Source of the DNA: Eledone cirrhosa
Taxonomy: Eukaryota
Direction of reading: 5' to 3'
Assembly (NCBI GenBank): GCA_964016885.1
Contig: OZ024742.1
Span: forward strand, 313,348,001-313,412,000
DNA length: 64,000 bases
The position numbers were made by a program, and so were the translations under genes. The notes under the pieces were generated by a model. It saw only the letters and a program-made list of their open reading frames with translations, was not told the origin of the DNA and ran no database searches. This document shows, piece after piece, positions 24,493 through 36,268 of the stretch (position 1 is the stretch's first letter; each line of letters begins with the position of its first letter).

Positions 24493-25040
24493 ATCATCAT
24501 CATCATCATCATCATCATCGTTTAACGTCCATGTTCGACGCTTGCATGGGTTTGGACGGGAGTTTTCCCACTTGAGGCAAGAGTAGTTGTCTTGCTCGCA
24601 TAGGACTGTCTGGCGGGTTTTCTACAGCTGGATGCCCTTCCTAACACCAACCACATTTACAGTGTGGGACTGGGAGGTTTTTACCGTGTTACCTACACGG
24701 CCACATTACAGCGTGGACTGTGTGTTTTTTTGTCGTGACACCTACACGATCTCATTTGTTTCGGCCTGGATGTTGTGGCACCAACATAACTTTACATTGA
24801 AAGGGGTGGTGGGACGGGAGTGTGTTTTGTTAGAGATGCCTACTGACTGTAGTAGGTTTTACTTTGTATTCAGGTAAGGCGGGTCTTCTCTATTACTGAG
24901 TACCGCCAAAGATCTCGGTCCAGTGACATTGTCTTGGAGAGGTGTAAGTGTGTGAGGTCAGAATTTATCAGGTCGTGCCAGGTTTTTCTGGGTTTGCCTA
25001 CTCCGTGGCTACCATCTATCTTTATTGCCCTGCACTTTTT
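24493..25040 (-). mobile_element. RTE LINE 3' fragment (also 48918-49452 on +)
   Basis: Near-identical to the 22545-23260 element but with a single 3' UTR unit. Confidence 0.85.
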
Positions 25041-25257
25041 TATACCCCTGCACTTTTTTATACATATATATATATATGTGTGTGTGTGTGTATAATAAGT
25101 GGTTCAGTAGATTCGTGGTTTACTGAGGAGGGTACCAAAATCAGCACTCTAATGTAAGGCAGAGTGTATAAATTAAAAACAAGACAAGGTTTCACATTAA
25201 GGTCTTTATTGATTACACACAGTTATTACTGTTTCACAGATGGGTGGCTCAGGAAGG

Positions 25258-25700
25258 TTTCAGCAGTTGAGTGACTATCTCTGATGGACTAGCAGCTTTA
25301 CCATTCTTCATCTCCTTGATCATTTTTTTTTACCTTATAGCTGTCAATTTCTATAGCTGGTCCTCCTGTTGGGTCAGCTGGAAATAGTCTCTCATTAATC
25401 AGCCATTCATAGTAGCATTTCCAGCCCCTTTTTTTTAGTATTCATTTTGAATACACTTTTTCCCTACAACATCCTGGTTCACACAGACAGTTTTTTATGA
25501 TGTAGAACACCTCATGTCACTGGTCCTTATATTGCAAGACATTAGCAAGCCTCCTCCTTTCAGCTTCTTAGTCTGCTATGTATGCCTGTCATCTAGCTTG
25601 TTTTTTCTCTACTTGGTATTGTTCTTTTTCCAGTCTTTCCATGCCTGTCTCTTGGATGTAAGAACTCTATCCACAGTGCTGTACCATCAGCAGTTCACTC
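25258..25700 (-). mobile_element. RTE LINE fragment (region between endonuclease and RT)
   Basis: KRQAWKDWK..NQDVVGKKCI..WKCYYEWLINE..IKEMKNGKAASPSEIV..LLK with stops. Confidence 0.75.
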
Positions 25701-25916
25701 TGTCTGGCTGGTGATTTTGCTCAGCCCCTTCCACCGACACCAGAGCTACTTAAGGCCACCCATTAATGTAGGTGACGAAATGCAGGAGCACAAAAGCACA
25801 ATCTTTGGTAAGTCTGATGTTGTGTCTCCACCCACATCAATGCATTAGAACAGCATGAAATTCGATGGGTATGGTGTTATAACTCTGAGAGAGACTTCTT
25901 CATCTACCTCAATGTG

Positions 25917-26245
25917 TCAGGCACGCCATTCATCTTCTCTTTTGAGCCAAATATAGTAACTCACTTTCTCAGTTGCCTCCGATAATTCCCTAGAAATGTA
26001 TTTCCTTTCATTTGCTGCCCGTCTAAGGCCCCTGAGGAATGAGTCAGCCCTGGTTCTAACAAATCCTCTGATTTCTACCTCCTCAGGGAAACAGCATACC
26101 TCTCATCTGTAGGTTTCACAGAGTTCAACCAGCTCACTGTACTTCTTGTTGAATACATCATTGATGTTTGCCTCCCAAGATATCATAAGCTCTACTATCT
26201 TCACCACCTGTCCTTGCACCACAAGTCAAGGTCGGGTCTCTTAGT
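25917..26245 (-). mobile_element. HERO-like non-LTR retrotransposon, C-terminal restriction-like endonuclease relic
   Basis: RPDL..KIVELMISWEANI..KKYSELVELC..CFPEEVEIRGF..EATEKVSYYIWLKREDEW-stop; PD-(D/E)xK pattern. Confidence 0.75.
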
Positions 26246-26675
26246 AATAATTGTTTCTACTTTTTGGCACAAGGCCAGCAATTATTCCAGTGCATTACTG
26301 GTACTTTATTTTATCCACCCCCATGAGGATGAAAGGCAAAGTTAACCTTGGCGGGATTTGAACTCAGACCATAAAGGGACGTAACTCTATGCTGCTAAGC
26401 ATGTCGTCCGATCCTCTACCAATACTGCCAATCCGTATTTGCCATTATTGATCCATTCCTTTCTTACAGTGGCTGGCTTCTAATGTTCCCCTTCTTTACA
26501 AAACTTGATCCTGCTTTTCTCCACTACTTCTGGTCTCTTGTAGATCATCCTCTTCACCCTCTCTTCCACTGTATTGGCCAGTACTCTTACCACCTTATAT
26601 ATATATATATACAGTATATATATATTATATGTATATTCATGTGTGTATATGTAGATGTGTGCTTACATATATATA

Positions 26676-26751
26676 TAGTGCCCCCCAAAAATGTATACAC
26701 ACTTCAACAGCATTCTAATAAAAGTGTGTATACATTTTGGGGGGACACCCT
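26676..26751. mobile_element. Tc1/mariner-type MITE (also about 43121-43198 and 43371-43467)
   Basis: CAGGGTGTCCCC-like TIRs with TA flanks, around 80-100 bp. Confidence 0.65.
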
Positions 26752-27394
26752 GTATATATGCCTCTATGTGTGCATATACTTGGAGTTGGTTGATTCTTTA
26801 GTTATAAATAGTAATTAAATATGCATACACATGTATCTATTTAGGCACATGTGTATACATGTGACAACACTTCTTTGTGTAAAATATGTAACCACACACA
26901 AATGTAACTTAGTATGTGTAGATGTACAATGCACAGAAAATATCTTCATAATGTTTGCTTAATATTACAAAGATACTAAGTGTGAATGAGAAAGAAAGAT
27001 TTTTTACTCCATTCTAGAGAGTTCTACATTGACGTCAGCATTGCTGACAAGAAACCAAAATGGCTATCACAATTGCTAAGTACATAATTAACTATATTTG
27101 TTTATGATACACACATACTTACAAGCAGACATTATATGTATGTATTTAGGGCTGTCGATTGGCAGTATCAGTAGAGGGTTGGTCGCCATGCTTTGACGTA
27201 TAGAGTTACAGCCCTTGCTATTCTGAGTTCAAATCCCGCCGAGGTTAACTTTGCCTTTCATCCTTACGGGGTCGATAAAATAAAGTACGAGTAATGCACT
27301 GGGTAATTGCTGGCCTTGTTCCAAAAGTAGAAACAATTATATGTATGTATGTGTATATATATATATATAATATATATATAAATTATAACTATCA

Positions 27395-27770
27395 TCATTT
27401 TTACGTCTGCTTTTCTACATTTGCATGGGTTGGATGAGTCCTTTTCAGCACAGCTTTTCACAGATGGTGTTACTTCTGTGAGTCTCAGTAATTTGAGATC
27501 AGCTCTCATTAGCTCTGCCTAGGTCTTCCTTGGTCTATCTCTACTGTGACTTCCATCCACTGGCATTTCCTCATCCAGCATCATTATCCATGCACATCAC
27601 ATGTCCATACCAACAGTCTTCTCTCTTGCACATTACTTCTAATTCTGCTTAAATCCAGTTTCTCTCTCAGTTTATCCAAGCTCTATCTTTCTTTCACATT
27701 TACATGGCTCATTCAACCAAGTATGGTTGCTTCATTTCTCTCCAGTCTACACATGTCCTCTGCAGAAAAT
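27395..27770 (-). mobile_element. Degenerate RTE LINE 3' fragment
   Basis: Homologous to 15735-16135. Confidence 0.7.
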
Positions 27771-29737
27771 ACCTATACACAGGTTTGTTGATTCAAATGT
27801 TTATAATGTCTTTACTAGCTGTCAGGTCTTTGTGAAAATTTGCAGAAAACTAAAGTAATTTTTAGTGTGATGCAGTCATAATACTGTTCTGTACTTTTCA
27901 GAAATTAGTTTCTAATGCGTTTTCATGTGGTACAAGACATTAAGAGTTAATAGAGTTTCAGTAAAATCTGTAATGTCCAAAATATTGATTTCTCCCTTAT
28001 ATATGATGTTGATTTTAACTCGAAAGACTAGTCATGGCCTTGAGATAGAACAACAATCGGAAAACTAAATGACTCACGGATCAATTAGTCAATGTTTTAT
28101 CTTCAAAGTTGCAGATTCAAGGAACAATTTTATAAAATCATTAAGTTCTATTAAATCCTTGCTCATTATCACTGTCATCCTCATTAAAGTTCTTCAATGC
28201 CATCATCATTCTTAGCTTTTAATGGCCCAATTCACATAGTCTTTAGTTGTTGTTTAGCCTCAAATCAACATTAATCAAGCATTCCAGCTATAATCCTTCC
28301 ATCATTTTAGGGATATGTGGGACTACATAGGTGTAAGGCTTATGGGTTAGGGAGTTTGGTTCATGATAATTAGGTTGGGGGTTCCATCTCTGGACTAGGC
28401 AGTGCAATGTTCCATACACTCAGTTGAATGGAAATGAACTCCAACAGCAGCAGGAGGTTAACTCTCTGATGGACTGGCATCCTATCCAGAAGGGAGTTGC
28501 TTAATGCCAAGGAAATCTGGATAAGCTCTGGTTTGATGAGCTGAGCATGTAGATTTGGGACAGACTTTAACTTAACTAAAACTCATGTGATTTTTGCTTA
28601 TTTTTAAGATAGAGTCAGTTGTAATTTGGTTGCTATTTCTAATAGGGGTAATGACCATGTTGTCTCCCTTGTTGGCTTGTATAACCTTTAATAGGGACAA
28701 AATATAATTGATCACTATAAGAAACAGCAGCACTATGGAATTGAAGAATATTTAGTTGGCTTGCAGCATAATATTCAATATCTTCTACAAAAGAAATTAT
28801 TCATAAGAGATGACACTGTTTTATCCTGGAGATTTATCTCATATCCTTTAACACTATGATTACCAATTTCTTGTTGTAGATATATTGATTGTTCTAAATC
28901 TTTTAACTGACTACCTCCATGCTAGAGGCATGTTTAACTCTTTTGTGACCATGTACGTATTTATTGGAATATGCTACCTGTTTGTTTCCGTTAATTTTGA
29001 AAAATAATTAAAAAAATTAGTATGTTTTGAAACAGCTAGCAAGTTTAAAAATAGAAACAGAAGCTTTTGCCGTATTTTTTACTAAAGAAATTTTTGCTTG
29101 ATAATGGGGTTTAGAACCTTTTAAGAAATGGAAACAATGCTCATCTTTTTCCATTTCTTAGAGAGTTCTAAACTCCACTATCAGGCTAAAATTTCAAAAA
29201 TACAGCAAAAGCTATTTCTGTAATAAAAATATTGTGTTCTTTTTTATGTTTTGTTCAGGAGGTGAGGCAGTCTCTATGACTCTTTTAAGAGAATTTCAGG
29301 ACTGGTGGAATGAAAGAAGAATGGTATCTTTAAACTGTAAATCTGACCCAAATGTTTGAAAAGAGCAAAGTTCACTAAAAGGTGGGAGCAGTTGGTACTG
29401 GATGGTATTACCTCCTCTTGCTTTTCAATGGTGCACCCTCAGATATAGAAAATAAAGTTTCTAAAAAAACTGTCCTGAAATATGTTCTTTGAAATCTTGA
29501 CTTTACTAACTTTTCTTCTCAAAACAAAAATGAAGAACAAAAATAAAACTAACAAACAAACAAACAGTACAAACCAAAATATTAAATACAACTACTTTAG
29601 TTGATAACATATTTCTATATAGAATTCCACACAAACTAACATAATTATAAAAGCTCTAATAATATCAGAAAATAAACCAAAAATTAACATTTAGATACAG
29701 CATACTTGAAATACATTATAATAAAGGCCATGCCAAT

Positions 29738-29963
29738 TTAACCGTTTAACATTTAAACTGGCTGTATCTGGCCAGAATTCTCTCACCTCTTTCTGTTTAA
29801 ACCAGCTGTAACTGGCTGCTCATACTGATGTTAATGTATTGTTCTCAAAATAAACAATATCAAAATTTCATAGATTCGATATATGAGATAATTATGTGAG
29901 GTGAAGCCTGAACTGTGAAAATGTAATAGTAAATATAGAGTAATGTAAATGCTAAAGGGTTAA
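29738..29963 (+). mobile_element. piggyBac-type MITE (also 30185-30413, about 30835-31280 split by a SINE, 38854-39050 inverted)
   Basis: TTAA flanks, CCCTTTAGCATTTA-like TIRs and shared internal sequence. Confidence 0.8.
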
Positions 29964-31839
29964 AGAATGCCACAGTGCTGGAATATGCAAATGACATCAA
30001 GCTGTACCTTAAGATAAAAAAGACAATTCGTGTACACTATAGATCTTTCCTGTAATCAGACCTGGACACAATACAGCTGGTGAAAGAATTCTCTATGGAA
30101 TTAGAATACCCACTCAGAATATTGTGACACCCCTACCTCCCAAACACCCAAGGAGAAAGTGGTGGTGTTACACTGAGTAATAGGTAAACCCTTTAGCATT
30201 TAAACCGGCCATATCCAGCCAGAATTCTCTCACCTCTTTCTGTTCAAACCAACCATAACCAGCCGCTCATACTTATGTTAAGGTATTCTTCTCAAACTAA
30301 ATAATATCAAAATCTCACAGATTTGATATTATGTGAGATAATTATGTAAGATAAAGCCTTTGCCATGAAAATACAATACTTTATATACAGTAATGTAAAT
30401 GCTAAAGGGTTAAGTCTAATAAGTAACTTTTACATCGATTTCTGTAACAAGGTGTTTAGGACATACTATATCAAGCAGTTCTTACATTCAGTTATGATGG
30501 AAGGTTCTATTTTAGATATGAATACTTTCAAAGGAACCATTTTGTATCAAAGTATTAAGTGCAATCTGGATAAGTTGGTATCAAAAAGGTTAGCCAGTTT
30601 AGTTAAAAAGTGAAGGCCAACAACAATGATCTATTATTTTTTTCAGGGTTTCAGAGACTAGCAAGGGGAAAGGAGGTGGTAGTTATCCTCAGAATGTAGA
30701 CTTGGCCAGAGTGAACAGAGTGGACTCCACTAAAGGCACTCAAGATTAAATTTGATATATTTAAAAAAAAAAAAACAATTTATTACAAGATTAAATTTGA
30801 TATATTTAAAAAAAAAAATAAAAAAATTTATTACTAACATTTAAACCAGCCATATCCAGCTAGAATTCTCTCACCTCTGTCTTTTCAAACCGGCTGTAAT
30901 CAGCTGCTCATACTGATGTTACGGTATTGTTCTCAAAATAAATAATATCAAAATCTCATAGATTTGATGTTGTGAGGTAAAGCCTTTATCATGAAAATAC
31001 AATGGTATATATAGAATAATTGTTTCTACTTTTGGCACAAGGCCAGCAATTATCCCAGTGTATTACTGGTACTTTATTTTATCGACCACGTAAGGATGAA
31101 AGGCAAAGTTAACCTCGGTGGAATTTGAACTCAGACCATAAAGGTCTGTAACTCTTTGCTGCAAAGCATGGCGTCAGTCCCTCTACTGATACTGCCAATC
31201 CACCACCCTATATAGTATAGTATATACAATATAGTATAGTATATATAATATAGTATATATAGAATAATGTAAATGCTTGTAATAATTTAACTTGTAATAA
31301 TTTAACCAAAAATAGATAATTTAAATGTTTATAGTATTATTATGAATGGACAGATCATTGTGAAAGTTTTCAATAAATTAAAAGAACTTTAATTCTAAAT
31401 GTGATGCAGTAATAGTGCTGTTTTGTACATTTCAAGAAGGTCTGGCTTATGTGGTTTCATGCAGTACAGGTTGTTAAGTTAGTTAAAGTCTACTCCAAGC
31501 CAACAGGCTCATCAGGCCAGTGCTTATCCCTTATTTCATTTTCCATCAGCATTAAGCACCTGATTGTACAACGTTCCCCCTGGATAGAATGCCAGTCCAT
31601 CACAGAATTTACCTCTACCTAGTGCCTGTACTGGAACAATATGAAAAAAAGTGTTTTGCCAAGAAAACAAACCACGCACCACATGGTTCAGGAATCAAAA
31701 CAATGGTATTATGATTGTAAGTGTTAAAATTTATATTTAAACTGACCAGGATATTAATTAGGTGTGTATTTTTAACCATTCTTAGTCTATTGATGTGTGG
31801 TTAATTAGACCAACAGATTTCAAGTAGGAGAGCAGGAGT

Positions 31840-32109
31840 TGTAACATTTTTAGTGAATTGGTCACAGGGTTATTTACTTTGGTAAACGCCACTGCAGGCC
31901 AACTACTAATTTAATTCGATACAGATATAATAAGGTTAACTCGCTCGTGAGTGAACTGTCCAAGAGCCGGTCGCCAAATAAGCCAAGATGTCTCTTTTCT
32001 CCCTCTTTTATAATGCCTAGACCGGAAGTTCAAGGAATCTTCTAGAATTCAATGGGAAGTAACTCCAATTAGTTTTTTCTCCCCGGGCAAGGTGGCGCTA
32101 GTCACTACA
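31840..32109 (-). mobile_element. Possible solo LTR
   Basis: TGTAG...TTACA termini on minus strand and internal TATAAAG. No matching TSD found. Confidence 0.4.
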
Positions 32110-32940
32110 CATTTATTAAGACCATTGCCAATATATTGAAACAGCTGCTACAAAATCATTGAAAACTGCTGCTGCTGCTGTTACTAGTAACTTAACTCTA
32201 TTCCATGGTGATCAGCTTTCTAAACAAAAGAACATCTAAGTGGTTGCTTGATCTTCTTGAAATAACAGCAAAATTTAACTCAAATCATACCACATTCTCT
32301 TAACCCTTTTATTACTCTATATCTAATGCAAGATACTGCCTATAATTTTCAAATAGTTTTGAAAATAATCTAGAATTTGGAAGGATTTAGGCATATAATT
32401 AACTTTCTCATTATTTATCTATTGTTTGAGATCATCATCATCATCATCATCCCCGTTTAACGTCCATTTTTCCTCGCTAGCATGGGTTAGACAAGTTGCC
32501 CTATTGTGAGAAATGCTGGGTGAGGTGACCATGTCTTGCTCATACAGAACTGATTTTGGCTTGGTTTCTACAGCCTGCTTTTCTCAGTTACTATTTATAG
32601 TCATTTGTGTTGGGATGACTACATTTCAAGACAGACCAGTTAGATAAATAGACACACAGACAGACAGATCAGATAGATAGACACATTGACAGACAGGCCA
32701 GATAGGCAGACAGACAGACCAGATATACACAGACAGACTGACAGACTGACAGACAGACACAGACAGATATAGATAGAGAAAGATAATCAAGTATGGATGG
32801 ATGGATACATGTAAACAGAGGGATTATAGGTTTGTTAAAGCCAAAGTAGAATATTGTTTGTAGTGCCAAGGTGATAGTGGTGGGGGTATTGGTGAGGATA
32901 ACTAGTAACATTAGTGGGAATGGTAGTGATGATGTTGGTC

Positions 32941-32976
<36 letters not shown>

Positions 32977-33684
32977 GATGGTAGTGGTTGTAGTAGAGGT
33001 AGTAGTGGTGGTGGTGGTAGTAGTAGTAGTGATGGTAGTGGTTGTGGTAATCGTAGAAGTGGTAGTAGTGGTGGCGCTGGTAGTGGTTGTAGTAGTAGTG
33101 CCACTGTGACCAATGAATTCAGCATTGGTCTCCAAATCTATGCATTGCAGATTCAAGTCGTCAGATCTATGATTAGGTTTAGTTTATGAGTGCAGACATG
33201 GATGGCTGAATGGTTAGGAAGTTTGCTTCACAATCATGTGATCCAGGGTTCAATCCCACTGTTTGACATTTTGGGCAAGTGTTTTAACAGAGCTTTGGTC
33301 CAACTCAGGGCCTCTGAGTGAAATTAGGGAGGTAGAAACTGTGTGAGAGCTCACTTAATGAATTTTACCCATATCTTGATTGTCTGGCCTTGTAAAATAT
33401 TGCGTTATGTTGATTCTGCCTGAAAATTACATTAAAAGTACACGTGTCTTTGGAATAGTCAATCAGTCACATACTAATTCAGTTCTCCCTGTAAGGTGGT
33501 CAATTCGGTGCCATGATAAATAGCACCCAATCCACACTGTAGAAAACTAGCCAAAATACAGATCTGTATGAACAAGATGTGGTCTCCAGACCTGACTTGT
33601 CTCATAACGTGACAACCTGTCTAACTCATGCAAACATAGAAAATTGACGTTAAACAATGTTGATGATGAGTTGAATGTTTAGTT

Positions 33685-33868
33685 TAGCCATGTTAAACAT
33701 GCGGCTCACGGGCCACATGTGACCCTTTACAAGCACACCTGCGGCCCGCACAAAGGTTTTTACAGCATGAGCATGTTTTATCTTCGTAATATAAAATAAA
33801 ATTTGTTGCAATGTGCACAATTAGTTGTCGTGTGTGGCCCTCGGGGTGCACTCAGTTTGACATGCCTG
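33685..33868. mobile_element. hAT-type MITE
   Basis: CAGGCATGTCAAAC-like TIRs and exact 8-bp TSD GTTTAGTT (33677-33684 and 33869-33876). Confidence 0.85.
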
Positions 33869-35788
33869 GTTTAGTTGATTGATCAACTGAATACTCATAG
33901 AAACTGACGGAGGATGCTGCATCATTATCAACATTAACATTATTATGGCAGTATTGGTAGAGTATCAGACAACATGCTTTGCAGCATATATTTATGGCAG
34001 AATCAGTAGAGTGTCAAACAAAGTTATCATTTAATCAGTGATGTTTAAAGTCACACCATCATTGATTTTTCTTAGTATTTATTTGGGTACATATGTGTGT
34101 GTGTGTGGCTAGAGAATTGGATTCACAATCGTGAGGTTGTGAGTTTGATTCTGGAGCAGGCGATGTGTTATGTCCTCGAACAAGACACTTTATTTCACAT
34201 AGCTCTTATGCCTAGATATGCAACCGACAGATAGTATTAGCAATTGGAAAGACCAATGGAAACATTGTTTCCTTGGTTTAGTTTGACGAGCTCCACCCCA
34301 CTTGTTAAGCGAGTGAGGTCTGGGATCTTGTTGATTGACTGTCGATATATGTGTGTGAATATATGCATATAGTTTACATTGTGTGTTCAAATCCGACCAC
34401 GGTTAGCTTTGCCTTTCATCCTTATGGGGTCGATAAAATGAAGTACCAGCAATACACTGGAGTTGATTTAATTGATGTTCCCCCCTGCCAGAATTATTGA
34501 CCTCTTGCCTAAATCAGAAATCATTATTAATAGTAGTACAGTGGATTGGCAGTATCGGTAGAGGGTCGGACGCCATGCTTTCCAGCATAGTTACGTCCCT
34601 TAACGATCTGAGTTCAAATTCCGCCGAGGTTAACTTTGCCTTTCATCCTTACGGGGTCGATAAAATAAAGTACCAGTAATGTACTGGGTAATTGCTGGCC
34701 TTGTGCCAAAAAGTAAAAACAATTATTAATCGTAGTACTGATGATGGTGGTGGTGATATAGTAGTAGTAGTAGTAGTGAGAAAGAGTGCAAAGGGGCTAT
34801 AGTGTGATGGTTAAGGCATCCAAAGAAATTGAATAGACGGATTAGGGAGAGAAAGGAAAATGTTGTCAACTGTGTGAATTGCCACCTGAAGGAGAGGGAG
34901 ATGAGGGAGGAGGTGTGGAGATATAGAAACTAGAGGAAAAGAAGGAAGAAATAGGGAACTATGTGGATTGAGAAGACGGAGGTGGTGGGGTGAAAGACAG
35001 TGGAAAGAAGAGATAGAAAGTTAGTCTGTACAGGTGTGTGAGAGGGAGGATGTAACTGCTAGGTGTGTGTGTGTTGATGAAAAAGAGAGAGAGGATAATA
35101 TAAGGAATTTTAGAATGAGAGAGTGAATGTGTAGATAAAAGGAGAGAGAGATAAACAAGAGGAAAGAGTGAGCATTTAGTCTGTAGAAGTGAGGGTGAGG
35201 ATAAAATGAGAAATTTGCGTGTGTGTAATAAAGACTATATCTTGAGAAAGAGAAAGAACATATGTAGTGAGGCGTAAGAGAGTGTCAACAGTGTTCAGAG
35301 ATCTTATATTGGAAAATATAGTTCATACTAGACATATTCTTTAGGTTCTTCTTGTCGTGTCCACAAGAGTGTCAGTTACAAAGCCTGGCTAGATGTGGTT
35401 CCACCACAGTTGAACACATTGCTGTCCTTTTTCATTAAATTCTGCCAAGTCCAATGCTATGCAGAGGTGTTCCAGCATGGGGCATATCAGGAGGTGCTGT
35501 GTAGTCTGTGGTTCTTTAGCTGAGTAACATAGAAACAATCTTATTTTCAGTATTTAAAGAAATCAAGCCCTGCAATATCTGCATGATTCTGATGAACCAA
35601 AGAAGTCCTCTTCATGGTTGTGTAAACTACTAGAAAAAAATGAAAGAAGCCAACTATCAGATCAGATCAAGGAAACTATGTTTCCATTGCTGATATTATC
35701 TGAGTCACAACTCCTGACAGAAAAAAGGAGCCAGCCATCAGATCAGATCAAGGAAACTATGTTTCTATTGGTCTCTCCATTACTGATA

Positions 35789-36268
35789 CTAGCAGAAAAA
35801 CCACCCTTAGGGTGGTTTTCTGCTAGCATGTGTAGTGTGCATATTGATATTATACGCAAGTATATATGTATGTTGTTATGATACATCAAATAAAATCGTA
35901 ATTGACAATATACACGGAAATTGAACAAAGACTGCATTACACTCTCTTATGTAATCAGTAACGTAATTCATGATACATTATACAAAGATATTATATATAA
36001 ACTGCATGAGGAGAAAATTAGTGACAGAAATATATGAATATTTATTTAAGCGATCACTAAACGGAAGTGTTGACATTTGAAAATTTTAAAAAAGTGAATC
36101 TTTAAATAAGGAATAAAATATATTTAATCAACAGTTACGAAATTTAGTAGATAAATTATGTAATATTCATTCATTATTTATTTAAAATAATCCAACTTAT
36201 TTTACTAACTGGATTAAAAGAAATAAACTGTACGCAGACCCGCACTCCTTACTTTATTATAGTTTAGA
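35789..36268 (-). mobile_element. Non-autonomous Helitron inserted in a tandem repeat
   Basis: Minus strand A|TCTAAACTATAATAAAG 5' end. 3' palindrome AGCAGAAAACCACCCTAAGGGTGGTTTTTCTGCT ending CTAG|T. The neighbouring repeat unit shows the empty site GATA^TTATCTG. Confidence 0.85.

Noticed and set aside
32835-33189. Gly/Ser- or Thr-rich ORFs resembling mucin or loricrin
   Set aside because: (TAG/TGG)n microsatellite with no splice or homology support.
35583-35630. Hammerhead candidate CTGATGA plus hairpin; also CTGANGA at about 7002, 7221, 40357 and 40553
   Set aside because: No GAAA and stem I partner at suitable positions.
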